Shown here piece after piece: positions 36,892 to 46,064 of a stretch of 53,337 nt of DNA (its first letter is position 1; every line of letters starts with the position of its first letter). The notes below the pieces were generated by a model that was given only the letters and a program-made list of their open reading frames with translations, was not told where the DNA came from and ran no database searches. The DNA is taken from positions 1 to 53,337 of the IMG/VR virus record IMGVR_UViG_3300031999_000027; one strand, 5' to 3'. The translations under genes and the position numbers were made by a program. The stretch comes from a virus. Its lineage: Duplodnaviria > Caudoviricetes.

Positions 36892-39246
36892 TCAAATCAC
36901 ATGCCTTAGGTATATCTTCGCTGCATTCACCTTTTCGTATGTGTCTAAAATCGAACTCACATCGAACTCCTTATCCGCCCAACCAACATCGGGCGTTATC
37001 GTGCCAGCATCGACGAAGCCTGCTCCGGAATCAATATAGATTTTAATAGTCCCCCCGCTAACCTCCTTTCGGCAATGTATTCTAAGTAAAACACTCTGCG
37101 GTACTGTTGTTCTAGCGGAATCTGCGAAGTCAAAATTACCAATTTCATCCTCATTGGTATCGTTGTGGATATAATTAATCGGATAGTCGATCGCATCTAA
37201 ATATGGCGTTGTGCCTACCTTTGTCCAAGCATTTCTGCTAGTTACAGTATACAAGTTGACGTATAGTTCCTCATCAAGTATGAATGCTGCAATTGCGACC
37301 TGACTTAATGTAGCCTGTTTGGCTCTAAATGCGGCTTTCATTCTACCAGTACCAGCAACCTGGGCGATAGCCCCGATAACCGATCTGTTGCCAACAAAGG
37401 CTCTGGCAACTGACCCTGTCTGCGAGATCCCACCTGTAACGGTTCTCAACGCCATTTTAACTCTATTGGCCGCCCCCACATTGGCGAGTGCTCCAGCCAC
37501 AGATCTGATCGCCACTGCTACTCTCCTACTGACCCCAATTTGAGCTATCGTGCCAGTGGTCGTCCTGATTGCAGCCTTCAGGCGCCCTGAAACTCCAACC
37601 GTACTGATAGCTCCGACCGACGACCTAACTGCGATCTTCAAGCGGCTTGCAGTACCTGCCGCGGCAATCGCCGCTCCATCCACACGAAGTTTAAGTAATC
37701 GTCTGGCTGATACTCCGGCTACACCAAATATTCCAGTTTTCGAACGAGTTTTAGAAGCTAATCGGTTGCTTATGCCAACGGCAGCTAGGGCAGCAACTGC
37801 TGAACGAGTATATTCCTGAATAGTCGAAGTGCAGTAGATGTAGGCGACCTCGTAGTATGCTGGGAGGCTGCTCGCCGTGTTGTAGGTGTGGTCGACGTGG
37901 GTTCCGGAGGTGGTCGTCGAGTGGTCTGTGTGTGCGCCGGTGCTGCTGAGGTTGCCGTGGTTGTGGGCGGGGCCGTAAAAAGTAATCCCCAAACAAGGTG
38001 GACCACTAACATGATAGAAGGCCGTGGGGCCGTGATTATGAGACCACGTAGAGTCGTTACATGTGTGCGTATGTGTTCCTTGGGAATCGACTGTGTGAGT
38101 GTGATCCCCCGCCGCTTGAGGTGTGTGCGTGTGTGTAGTCGCTCCACCTGTTCCGCCGGGGTTCGTTACACTGGTGTTTACGCCTCTGATGAATTTGCTG
38201 AACAGGTTTGGTCTTCCGCCATTGCCGTCGCACAACGCCCAGTTTGCGGGGATGTTGGCTAATGTGCCTGTCCATGTGGTTATGACTCCTATCGCCAAGT
38301 TGGCTCCGCCTGCGCCAGCTTTGATGGGTGCAAGCTCATAGTATGGCGGCCTTCCGTCGGCGGTGTTTATAGTATGTGAGTGCGACCCCGCGCTCGTTGC
38401 GGTGTGAGTGTGACCACCGCCTGACGCGGCGCCATGTGTATGCGATCCTTGGGAGAAATATCCTCCACCATCCGCGCTTCCGCTAAAGCACTGATCTGTA
38501 TAATTGTGATAGTGATTCCCCGCCGAGTCTGATGTATGAGTATGGGTTGTAGACGATAGTGTGTGAGTGTGCGCTCCGGCGGCGTCTTGTGTGTGAGTGT
38601 GGGAGTCTGCTCCGCCCGTGCCTCCGGGGTTAGTTGCAGCCGGAACACCCCTCAGGAACTTGGCTACTAGGGCGGTATCAAGACTAAAACCAGCGGGGAT
38701 GCTGGCAAGGGTTCCACTCCAGAGAACGATGACGTTCTGAGCAAAGGTGGTCGGGGTTCCATCAGAATAGATGAAGGCAACTTGATAGTAGGCGGGTCTC
38801 GTGTCCGCGTTCTGAAACGTGTGAGCATGCGCGCCCAGAGTATCAATCGGATGGGTATGCGCTCCACCGCTGGGCCAAGTGTGGTTATGGTTTCCGGCAG
38901 TGTCTGTCAATCCCACACTATTGACATCCACTACATAATTCGTGGCCCCATGTTCGGCATCGTGTGTTCCAGTTGTGGTGGGTGTAGTGTGAACGTGTGC
39001 CCCTCCACTTCCGGAGGTTCCGCCGTGATTGTGCGCCCCGCCCGTCGCTGACTCAACGTGAAGGTGAGTGTCGGAGCCGCCGGTCGCTCCGGGGTTGGTC
39101 GCGGCATCCGGGACGCCCTTCAGGAACTTATCCAGAAGATTGGGTCGTCCACCGTTGCCATCGCAGAGATTCCATCCAGCAGGGATGTTAACTAGGGTCC
39201 CCGTCCAAACCGCTATAACTCCCGCTGGAATAGGCATTGTGAACAT
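36892..39246 (-). CDS. fibre protein with three tail-collar-like domains, GxHxH repeats and nine 20-aa Arg repeats
   Basis: IPAGWNLCDGNGGRPNL...GGxxxHxH module three times, each closed by PxYYxxA. Confidence 0.8.
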   Translation of the reverse strand: MFTMPIPAGVIAVWTGTLVNIPAGWNLCDGNGGRPNLLDKFLKGVPDAATNPGATGGSDTHLHVESATGGAHNHGGTSGSGGAHVHTTPTTTGTHDAEHGATNYVVDVNSVGLTDTAGNHNHTWPSGGAHTHPIDTLGAHAHTFQNADTRPAYYQVAFIYSDGTPTTFAQNVIVLWSGTLASIPAGFSLDTALVAKFLRGVPAATNPGGTGGADSHTHTQDAAGAHTHTLSSTTHTHTSDSAGNHYHNYTDQCFSGSADGGGYFSQGSHTHGAASGGGHTHTATSAGSHSHTINTADGRPPYYELAPIKAGAGGANLAIGVITTWTGTLANIPANWALCDGNGGRPNLFSKFIRGVNTSVTNPGGTGGATTHTHTPQAAGDHTHTVDSQGTHTHTCNDSTWSHNHGPTAFYHVSGPPCLGITFYGPAHNHGNLSSTGAHTDHSTTTSGTHVDHTYNTASSLPAYYEVAYIYCTSTIQEYTRSAVAALAAVGISNRLASKTRSKTGIFGVAGVSARRLLKLRVDGAAIAAAGTASRLKIAVRSSVGAISTVGVSGRLKAAIRTTTGTIAQIGVSRRVAVAIRSVAGALANVGAANRVKMALRTVTGGISQTGSVARAFVGNRSVIGAIAQVAGTGRMKAAFRAKQATLSQVAIAAFILDEELYVNLYTVTSRNAWTKVGTTPYLDAIDYPINYIHNDTNEDEIGNFDFADSARTTVPQSVLLRIHCRKEVSGGTIKIYIDSGAGFVDAGTITPDVGWADKEFDVSSILDTYEKVNAAKIYLRHVI

Positions 39247-39251
39247 CCTAC

Positions 39252-39548
39252 TTATTCAATAATCTGGTCGATGTGCCAGTGTATCCGCTTCAGCTCCCTG
39301 TAGCAGAGGAGAAGAAGAGCCTCTTTCGTGTCGCAGTTCAGCATCTTCGCGTAGTCCCGCGCCTCCTTCAATATCGATTGCAGTTCCTGACAGTCTTTCG
39401 TCAACTCTTCCTTCGCCTGCTTCTCCTGCTCCATCAACTCATCCAGGCGCTTTCGCCGCTTCTCATCGCCGAGTTCGCTGAGCATCGTATCCACCTTGAG
39501 CGCCGTGAAGGTCTTTTCGACCTCCTTCAACCGCGACTGGAGAGACAT
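39252..39548 (-). CDS. hypothetical coiled-coil protein
   Basis: 98 aa, charged and helical, GAGGTG RBS. Confidence 0.55.
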   Translation of the reverse strand: MSLQSRLKEVEKTFTALKVDTMLSELGDEKRRKRLDELMEQEKQAKEELTKDCQELQSILKEARDYAKMLNCDTKEALLLLCYRELKRIHWHIDQIIE

Positions 39549-39896
39549 TCACGCCACCTCTATCACGTATTCTTTTCCGATGAAGTCCTGCGCACGCTTC
39601 CATGTCCTCTCAGGCGTTACCTCATCCAGCTCACCGAGCCTCTGGTGGATGACGTCCTGTAGACTTCCTTTGAAGTGGTCCCGAACCTCGATGTCGGTCA
39701 ATCCGCGGAGGTTGCCCACCATCTCGCAGACGCGGACCTCCTCGGTCCTTCCTGCAATCGTGGCGTCTATAGTCAACGTGATCATCCGACCCGTGGGGTC
39801 GAGTTCTATATCCGTGATTTTGATATTAACCTGAACCATCTTCTCATCTCCTATTCTGTTGATGAAATGGGATTCAATTTTGGAACTACCATCCAC
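39549..39896 (-). CDS. hypothetical protein (likely start ATG 39839)
   Basis: Packed in the operon; AGGAG RBS before the internal Met. Confidence 0.55.
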   Translation of the reverse strand: MDGSSKIESHFINRIGDEKMVQVNIKITDIELDPTGRMITLTIDATIAGRTEEVRVCEMVGNLRGLTDIEVRDHFKGSLQDVIHQRLGELDEVTPERTWKRAQDFIGKEYVIEVA

Positions 39897-41143
39897 GAAT
39901 ATCTTCCAAACGTGTCCATCGTCTCTTCCTTCAAGTCGAACACTAAGTCGTCCTTGAAGAACTTTGCTGCTTCCTCCCTATATAGCTTGAAGTGCATATC
40001 ATCCAAGACTATGACCTTCGCGTGTTCCCTAACGAATTCAAAAAGCTTCACACGATCCTCTATCGCATAGTCCAACAATATCAGGTCGAAGTCCCCCGTA
40101 ATGTCATCGAACCCTTCCACCACGTTGTCCGTATTAAGCTTATGCTTCACGAGGAACTCCCTTGTTCTTTCAAGCCACGTTGGATCCTTATCCGCGGAGA
40201 CGACTTCAGCGCAGTTTGACCGGAAGACAAACGAGCTAAAGCCCGATCCCAAGTCTAGCATTCTCTTTGGGTGTAATTGCTTGATTGTCTTATCCAGGAA
40301 GCAAGCTAACTGCCAACTGATCGCCCATTCGGGTTTCGATACATCCTTTACATACTCCAGATACGCCGTCCTCATGGCATCCGATGGCTTATATCCTATG
40401 TTGCCCCTCACCAGCCTGAAATTATTCGATGGATCCGCCTGCACATCGATCTCCACGGGCAGTTGCTTGGTAAATGCGAACAGCAGCTCCCTGAACTTGT
40501 CAAGCCGCCCCTCCTCCTTGAACCCCCTCACCATCTTCCAGAACAGCGACATCTCATATGTCTCATTAGTGACAACGTACGGCGTCGCTATATGGCCAAG
40601 ATGGAGACCCGTATCCACGAAGATTGGTATCCCGGCCTCTTTGCACTTAACACAGAAGAAGATGTCTTCTCCGGACTGGCTCTTATCACTGCACTGGAAC
40701 CAAGGGTACTCGACTCTCTCGAAGACCTCTCTCTTAATCAACAAGAAGCCCGTGCCGACGATGTCCACTTGGATCAGCTTGTCATATTGGAAAGGCGTCG
40801 GGGTCCGGTAAGTCCTTGATGCCTCATCCCAGTATCCGAAACATGGAGCGTGGTCGCCGCCCTTCTTATATATGACGGCACTGGTCACCGGTTTGTCATG
40901 AGCTAACAGTATCTTAATTGCGTTAGCATCAGCAATTGTATCTGAGTCCCAAAATAGCAGATGTGTGCAGTCTGTTTTGAGGAACTGCTCGACACAGCTA
41001 TTCCGCTTGTCATCTAAGAACTTCGAGTAATCAGATTCTACATGTGCATGAGTTACCAATCCCCCTCCCGCATGCAGGATCGAATCTAACACTAACGGTT
41101 GGATCTCCCTAAGTATCGGGATAGCTAGGAACACTGAGGCCAT
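39851..41143 (-). CDS. glycosyltransferase (GT-A) / class I SAM-methyltransferase fusion
   Basis: N-terminal FWDSD, VGTGFLLI, GEDIFFC; C-terminal LDLGSG, FDLILLD, IVLDD. Confidence 0.85.
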   Translation of the reverse strand: MASVFLAIPILREIQPLVLDSILHAGGGLVTHAHVESDYSKFLDDKRNSCVEQFLKTDCTHLLFWDSDTIADANAIKILLAHDKPVTSAVIYKKGGDHAPCFGYWDEASRTYRTPTPFQYDKLIQVDIVGTGFLLIKREVFERVEYPWFQCSDKSQSGEDIFFCVKCKEAGIPIFVDTGLHLGHIATPYVVTNETYEMSLFWKMVRGFKEEGRLDKFRELLFAFTKQLPVEIDVQADPSNNFRLVRGNIGYKPSDAMRTAYLEYVKDVSKPEWAISWQLACFLDKTIKQLHPKRMLDLGSGFSSFVFRSNCAEVVSADKDPTWLERTREFLVKHKLNTDNVVEGFDDITGDFDLILLDYAIEDRVKLFEFVREHAKVIVLDDMHFKLYREEAAKFFKDDLVFDLKEETMDTFGRYSWMVVPKLNPISSTE

Positions 41144-41166
41144 TGTTTTACCCCTCAGTGTTCTGC

Positions 41167-41745
41167 CTACGATAGGGTTATCTTATCCCATTTGGCAGTA
41201 AGCTGGTCGTCAGTCACGAGAGATACACTAACAATCGTTGCCTCAAAGTAGAGATTGCCTGCACTCGCGGCGTCAAGAAGACCCATCTTCACGACAGCTG
41301 CGACATTCGCAGTAGCTGTGAATGTCTTCGATAGGATACACTCGCCGGTTGCACACCCACCGACACTATACGCGGCAGTTGCTCTCGCCAGGCCACTCAA
41401 CGTGATTTCAGCCTCAATTTTCGTGTCCGTGGCCGCCATTGCGCCAGTGCCCTCGCTCAGCACTATGAAGTTAGTTATGCCCGCGGTAGTTGCACTGTTG
41501 AACAGCCTGTCCTTGGCACCGCTCAGCGCCGTATTGCAGGTTATGTTATGATTCTTATATATCTCGAGTTTCTCTTCGTAAAGTCTATTCCCCTCCGCAT
41601 CAAAGAGCGGAATCCCCCGTTCCTTGTCAACCCACTTAGCTCGGCGGATTTGCCATTCTACCCCATTAGGCCCGATACCAATCCTTCCCATGGGAGCGGG
41701 CTCTGGTTCCTTCATTCCCAAGACTTTGGTTAACCTTTCAAACAT
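41167..41745 (-). CDS. virion structural protein (beta-rich)
   Basis: HNITCNT...GTGAMAATDT...GLLDAASAGNL pattern common in phage structural/fibre-attachment proteins. Confidence 0.55.
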   Translation of the reverse strand: MFERLTKVLGMKEPEPAPMGRIGIGPNGVEWQIRRAKWVDKERGIPLFDAEGNRLYEEKLEIYKNHNITCNTALSGAKDRLFNSATTAGITNFIVLSEGTGAMAATDTKIEAEITLSGLARATAAYSVGGCATGECILSKTFTATANVAAVVKMGLLDAASAGNLYFEATIVSVSLVTDDQLTAKWDKITLS

Positions 41746-41816
41746 TGATCATTCACCCAACTTGCTTTCTTGAGCCCTTATCAGACCCTCATCAGCCTGT
41801 CAATTCAGGGAGCATC

Positions 41817-42140
41817 TTATCTTCCTATAAAATAACTGATCAATTGTCCAGCAATTGCCGTCAGACTAGTGACAATAGCAATGATTATCGCAGCTTTCTC
41901 TTTCCACTGCAAAGGTTCTCTACGGGTGCTCTTCGCATCAGTGATCTCCTCTCTTAGCTTCGTAACCTCGTGGTTAACAAATGTGTTCAACCGGACGTTG
42001 ATTGCCCCAATAGCTACCGCCTGGAGTTCCCTGCAAGCCTTTTCAGTATCATCCATTGTTTTCAATCGTACTTCAATTCCATCAGTGCGAGTTTCTAACA
42101 CAGCCACCCGTTCACCTATTGCTTTACCATTCTTGCTCAT
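41817..42140 (-). CDS. coiled-coil protein with C-terminal TM helix (possible holin/XhlA-like)
   Basis: ERVAVLE coiled coil; AAIIIAIVTSLTAIAG TM helix. Confidence 0.55.
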   Translation of the reverse strand: MSKNGKAIGERVAVLETRTDGIEVRLKTMDDTEKACRELQAVAIGAINVRLNTFVNHEVTKLREEITDAKSTRREPLQWKEKAAIIIAIVTSLTAIAGQLISYFIGR

Positions 42141-42149
42141 CTTCTCACC

Positions 42150-42533
42150 TCACAGCGTTCCGGCCTCAAGATAGAATATGCCAGTTCCATGAACCCCCGC
42201 GACATTCGGCTTCACTGAAATCCTCATCGAATGCCAGAGCCCAGCAATATCCGGGTCCCAATCGCTCCAGAAGTACGTAAAATACCCCGCTGCGACTAGG
42301 ATATCATCCTTAAAGGTGCTAAACTTCGTTCCATCAGGGCTCATTTCCACCCTGAATCGCAAATCTTGCGCCGCCGCGACCAACGTGAGTGTCTTCGATC
42401 TCATTCCTTGAATCGAAAACTCCCCATTAGTGACCACCTTAGGTAAAGTTAACGGAACTACCACATAGGTATCCACTGTCGTGAGCTTGAGTCCTTCAAC
42501 ATGGGTTAACGTAGGCTTAACGAATACATCCAT
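42150..42533 (-). CDS. putative virion structural protein (beta-sandwich)
   Basis: VEMSPDG motif; located in the head cluster. Confidence 0.5.
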   Translation of the reverse strand: MDVFVKPTLTHVEGLKLTTVDTYVVVPLTLPKVVTNGEFSIQGMRSKTLTLVAAAQDLRFRVEMSPDGTKFSTFKDDILVAAGYFTYFWSDWDPDIAGLWHSMRISVKPNVAGVHGTGIFYLEAGTL

Positions 42534-42633
42534 TGTCTAATTACCATCTCCTTTGACGCTTAACGCACAGGGGTTTAGGAGCCCCTACCTCCGTTCAGGA
42601 GTTAAAAATGTCCGTCCTGAACTCGGACTTAGT

Positions 42634-43590
42634 TTACTTCAACGCTACGTAAATATCCCCAGCAACAGTAGCTCCTGTTAGAGCAACTCCCAGCTTCACG
42701 TGCTCGTCATCCTCAGTAGCCCTTACTAACGCGGAAACAGTTACCGTGGATTCGGCATCTCCAATGTCAATCGTCGTAATCTCAGAGTAATCATTCACCG
42801 ATGGAATGACCGCAGCACCGTTCAGAGCTATCTCTTCTGATGCCGCAGCTCCAGTGAGGTTCTTACCTCTAACTCCAATGACTTTTGTCGTTGCCCCACT
42901 GGCTGTTACACCAATCTTCCCACAATGAGCTCTGGGATCAGTGGCTGTCAATCGACCCTTCGAGAGAGTTCCTGTCGCGAGGGTTACAATATCCGCATGA
43001 CCACTATGTTCCTCGACCGTTACCGTTCCTGCATGTGCGGCACTTATCACCACAGCATGGATATTCGCCCATACTTTGGCCCCTGCTATCACATTTGCAC
43101 CGTTCAGTGTTAGCGTTTCACTATCCAACGTTCCTGCCTGAAGTTTGCCATAAACCGTCACCGTCTGACCAATATCAGCCCCACTAGCAGAATGCGTATC
43201 GACAGAATCACTCGCAGGTTGATTAGCGAAATCCAACCCCGCGATTGTTGTGTACTCTCCGCCCCCGAGAGCTGCAGAGATCAATCCAGAGTCGATCATT
43301 CTTACAGCCTTCCCTTCAGGCCCTGCTTTGACGTTCTTTCCAACTTCTAACTTTCCTAACGTCGCTACTGGGGTAATTCCCGTTGTCTTAAACGTTATCG
43401 GCAACCCAGTTGTGGTTCCTAGACCACGACTCTCCGCTCCGATTACTTTGATCGAATTAGCCGCTGAAGCTATGATCCCTGTTCCATCATGCTCCACGAG
43501 ACAATGCGCAGTTGTCGTACCATTTGTCGCTAAGGAGTACTCGGAGTCCTTGATCAGACCCCTCAGTATCAGACCAATGTCATCTACCAT
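42634..43590 (-). CDS. capsid decoration/cement-like protein with inserted domain
   Basis: DUF2190-like N- and C-terminal halves (VIGA...VKAGPEGKA; LGVALTGA) directly after the capsid gene. Confidence 0.5.
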   Translation of the reverse strand: MVDDIGLILRGLIKDSEYSLATNGTTTAHCLVEHDGTGIIASAANSIKVIGAESRGLGTTTGLPITFKTTGITPVATLGKLEVGKNVKAGPEGKAVRMIDSGLISAALGGGEYTTIAGLDFANQPASDSVDTHSASGADIGQTVTVYGKLQAGTLDSETLTLNGANVIAGAKVWANIHAVVISAAHAGTVTVEEHSGHADIVTLATGTLSKGRLTATDPRAHCGKIGVTASGATTKVIGVRGKNLTGAAASEEIALNGAAVIPSVNDYSEITTIDIGDAESTVTVSALVRATEDDEHVKLGVALTGATVAGDIYVALK

Positions 43591-43605
43591 GTTTTATGAG
43601 CCTCC

Positions 43606-44559
43606 TTAACAGACGTTACTGATCTTTGCAATGCCAACATTCGTTGCATCCGTACTAGAGTTCGGTTGGATCTTCGTTCCGAAGAGCTGTCTTACCACCC
43701 ACTCCTCGCCGCCATCATCCAGTTCCTTATGATACGCCGGAGGGATGACTCCACCAGTGTAGACACCGTGTTCTCCGGTATCTTCTGCGTTGACTACCAG
43801 GTAGGCGTCATCGCTGATTCCAGCTGGGCTACCCGCCAAGGTGTATATACTCCCCGGTGGGTGGGTTATAGCATCAGTATAGAGTGTCGGAAGTATCGTT
43901 ATCTGATAATTCCCACTGAAGTAGTCCGATAATCTCTGTTGTACGTTGCCTATCAATTGGAGCTTCTGGAGATTGCCATAGACTGGAGCTGGGACGACCA
44001 ACTTAAGGTTATTAAGTGTCGCCATGGTCGTGTAACCATTCGAGATCAGGTTATTCCATGCAGTGATGACATCCTTCTCTATATCTACCGTTGCCCCGCC
44101 AGAGTTCCACTCGGAACCCGCACCTACAGTAACTGTGTTCGTAGCGTATGTTCCTGCGATGACCTTGTCCAAAATATCCTTGTCCTTCCAGAAAGCTAAC
44201 GCCTCTTGGACGCGTCTGACGGCAGCTTGCTGATCCTGTTGAGCGGCCTGTCGGATCTTTCCCTCTCCTGTGATACTCCATCTTGCTTCGAACTTATAGA
44301 GAGTGTAGCCATACGGAGTCCATGAAACTCTCTCCATCTGTACCTTCGCACCTGGGGCCAGAGGATAGTTCCCAATAAGGTTCCCTGGGAAGCTATTCGC
44401 TACATCTATGACCGGATAGTTCTTCGTCGGAAGCATCTTCGTCCCTACGCTGAGGAAATCTGCATTCCGCCAGACGACTCTCTCAACAATGGTATTCTTT
44501 CTAACATTGTCAGAATTCATCATGCCATCGGCCATCGCGACTTTCATCATTTGTGACAT
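43606..44559 (-). CDS. major capsid protein (HK97 fold)
   Basis: 317 aa; downstream of the protease/decoration genes; strong GAGG RBS. Confidence 0.78.
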   Translation of the reverse strand: MSQMMKVAMADGMMNSDNVRKNTIVERVVWRNADFLSVGTKMLPTKNYPVIDVANSFPGNLIGNYPLAPGAKVQMERVSWTPYGYTLYKFEARWSITGEGKIRQAAQQDQQAAVRRVQEALAFWKDKDILDKVIAGTYATNTVTVGAGSEWNSGGATVDIEKDVITAWNNLISNGYTTMATLNNLKLVVPAPVYGNLQKLQLIGNVQQRLSDYFSGNYQITILPTLYTDAITHPPGSIYTLAGSPAGISDDAYLVVNAEDTGEHGVYTGGVIPPAYHKELDDGGEEWVVRQLFGTKIQPNSSTDATNVGIAKISNVC

Positions 44560-44571
44560 TTTCTTAACCTC

Positions 44572-45039
44572 CTAACAATGCTGGATGGCGATCATCACCT
44601 TGATGACACCGCCGACAGCATTACCCTTGGTCTCAAGAGCCCTTCCGACGACAGATCTCAACTCCACTAGAGTTGGTGTTGCACCCGCGTAAGTGACCAG
44701 ATCAACAGTCCCTCCAGCAGTCGATTGCAAAGTATCTCCATAGACTATAGGTACATTAGCAGCCAACAGTTGGACTAACGCCTCACCCTCTCTCTGTATC
44801 TGCACGGGTTTAGTAACAACCGCAGTCCATGCCCCGCCACCATAGCCATCATTGATGAACTCCTTTGTCGACTTTGTCGAGACACCATAAACCCTCTCAT
44901 CTGCTCCGCAAAGGTCTACATGTCCAGTGGCCGTAACCATCTTGAGAACAAACCCGCCGGCCTGTATGGCCGTGTCTGTGATTCTCGATTCGTATTCCTC
45001 ACCACAAAGCGCTGGTCTAAGAACTCCACCATCAACCAT
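44572..45039 (-). CDS. capsid decoration protein (DUF2190-like)
   Basis: AIQAGGFV, YGV, IVYGDTL, VVGRALE; directly upstream of the capsid gene. Confidence 0.65.
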   Translation of the reverse strand: MVDGGVLRPALCGEEYESRITDTAIQAGGFVLKMVTATGHVDLCGADERVYGVSTKSTKEFINDGYGGGAWTAVVTKPVQIQREGEALVQLLAANVPIVYGDTLQSTAGGTVDLVTYAGATPTLVELRSVVGRALETKGNAVGGVIKVMIAIQHC

Positions 45040-45041
45040 TT

Positions 45042-45965
45042 TTAGCTACCCTCCTTTTTAAGGAACATCTCTTTAAGATCCACACCGAAAACATCCCTTG
45101 ACGCCCCTTCTAACTCTTCGTTCTTTACTATGATAGGCGTCTCACTTGGTAATATCGGTGCTATCTTAGAGATAATCCCCCTATAAGCATTGAGCATCCG
45201 CATTTTCATTGAATGCTCAGAAACCCCCTCACAGTAGACATCTACTTTGAAGTCCTTATCCATCCCGGTAATCTCCCCGACGACCTTTACGATCTCCGCA
45301 GCTTCATTTGATGTCTTCATAGCCCCAAGTGTCGTCTTTACCACCTCAAGATCGGTCTTCAATATATCTACAGTCTTACCCTTCTCAGCAAGCGCCTTCA
45401 TCTGGACGTACTCATCCTCGCTAAGAGCTACCATCTTCGTACTCTCTTTGGGCTCACCAATAAGAGTCGCTCCAGCTAAAAGCGCCTTCTTTTTGTCCTC
45501 ATCCATGCTCAGTTTCACACTCTCAATTCTTCCAATCTTAGCGGGTTGGCACGCGGGGTTCTCCACTCCAATCGCAATAGAACTCCCTTGAATTCTTACT
45601 GCGTTCATCTGAGAATCTACATAGACCTCCGCTTCCATTGACTGCCCCATAGGGTACTCCCCCATAACGACCTTGTCAACAGTGGTCTTATCCCAGATAT
45701 ACCCTCTATTCCGGATGCATCCATCTTGATACCACGAGACAGCGTTGAACCCCTTCACCGCTTCCCTCGTTTGATCAATATGTCCCTCGTGCAAGGCTAC
45801 GCCAGAAAAAGTTGGCGCTCCTGATGCCACGACGGCGTCTGAGTAGGTAATCTTATTTCCATCAACGCCCTGCCAAGTCCCCGGGCAAAGTACCGTACCT
45901 TCATACTTGAGTACCTCGCCGAGAATCTCAAACGAGGTAATCTGACCACTCAGAACAGCTTTCAT
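45042..45965 (-). CDS. prohead protease/scaffold fusion
   Basis: N-terminal domain with His and SME, VENPAC, then a helical scaffold-like region. Confidence 0.65.
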   Translation of the reverse strand: MKAVLSGQITSFEILGEVLKYEGTVLCPGTWQGVDGNKITYSDAVVASGAPTFSGVALHEGHIDQTREAVKGFNAVSWYQDGCIRNRGYIWDKTTVDKVVMGEYPMGQSMEAEVYVDSQMNAVRIQGSSIAIGVENPACQPAKIGRIESVKLSMDEDKKKALLAGATLIGEPKESTKMVALSEDEYVQMKALAEKGKTVDILKTDLEVVKTTLGAMKTSNEAAEIVKVVGEITGMDKDFKVDVYCEGVSEHSMKMRMLNAYRGIISKIAPILPSETPIIVKNEELEGASRDVFGVDLKEMFLKKEGS

Positions 45966-46039
45966 TCAATGCACCCGATTTCCGATTTTCCGGGGGAACC
46001 TACAATCCCCTTCCGCATGTCTATGATCGTTTTTTATAT

Positions 46040-46050
46040 TTATAAATCCT
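46040..46050 (-). promoter_or_regulatory. late promoter TATA motif AGGATTTATAA
   Basis: Identical 11-mer also at 50582-50592; about 75 bp upstream of 45965. Confidence 0.6.
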
Positions 46051-46064
46051 CGGCCCAAAGGAAC

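Noticed and set aside
33862-39246. Diversity-generating retroelement acting on the fibre genes
   Set aside because: No reverse transcriptase and no template/variable repeat pair differing only at adenines was seen
42569-42628. preQ1 riboswitch
   Set aside because: In the transcribed orientation the hairpin is followed by a U-tract, not the A-rich tail of preQ1-I, and it is far from the que genes
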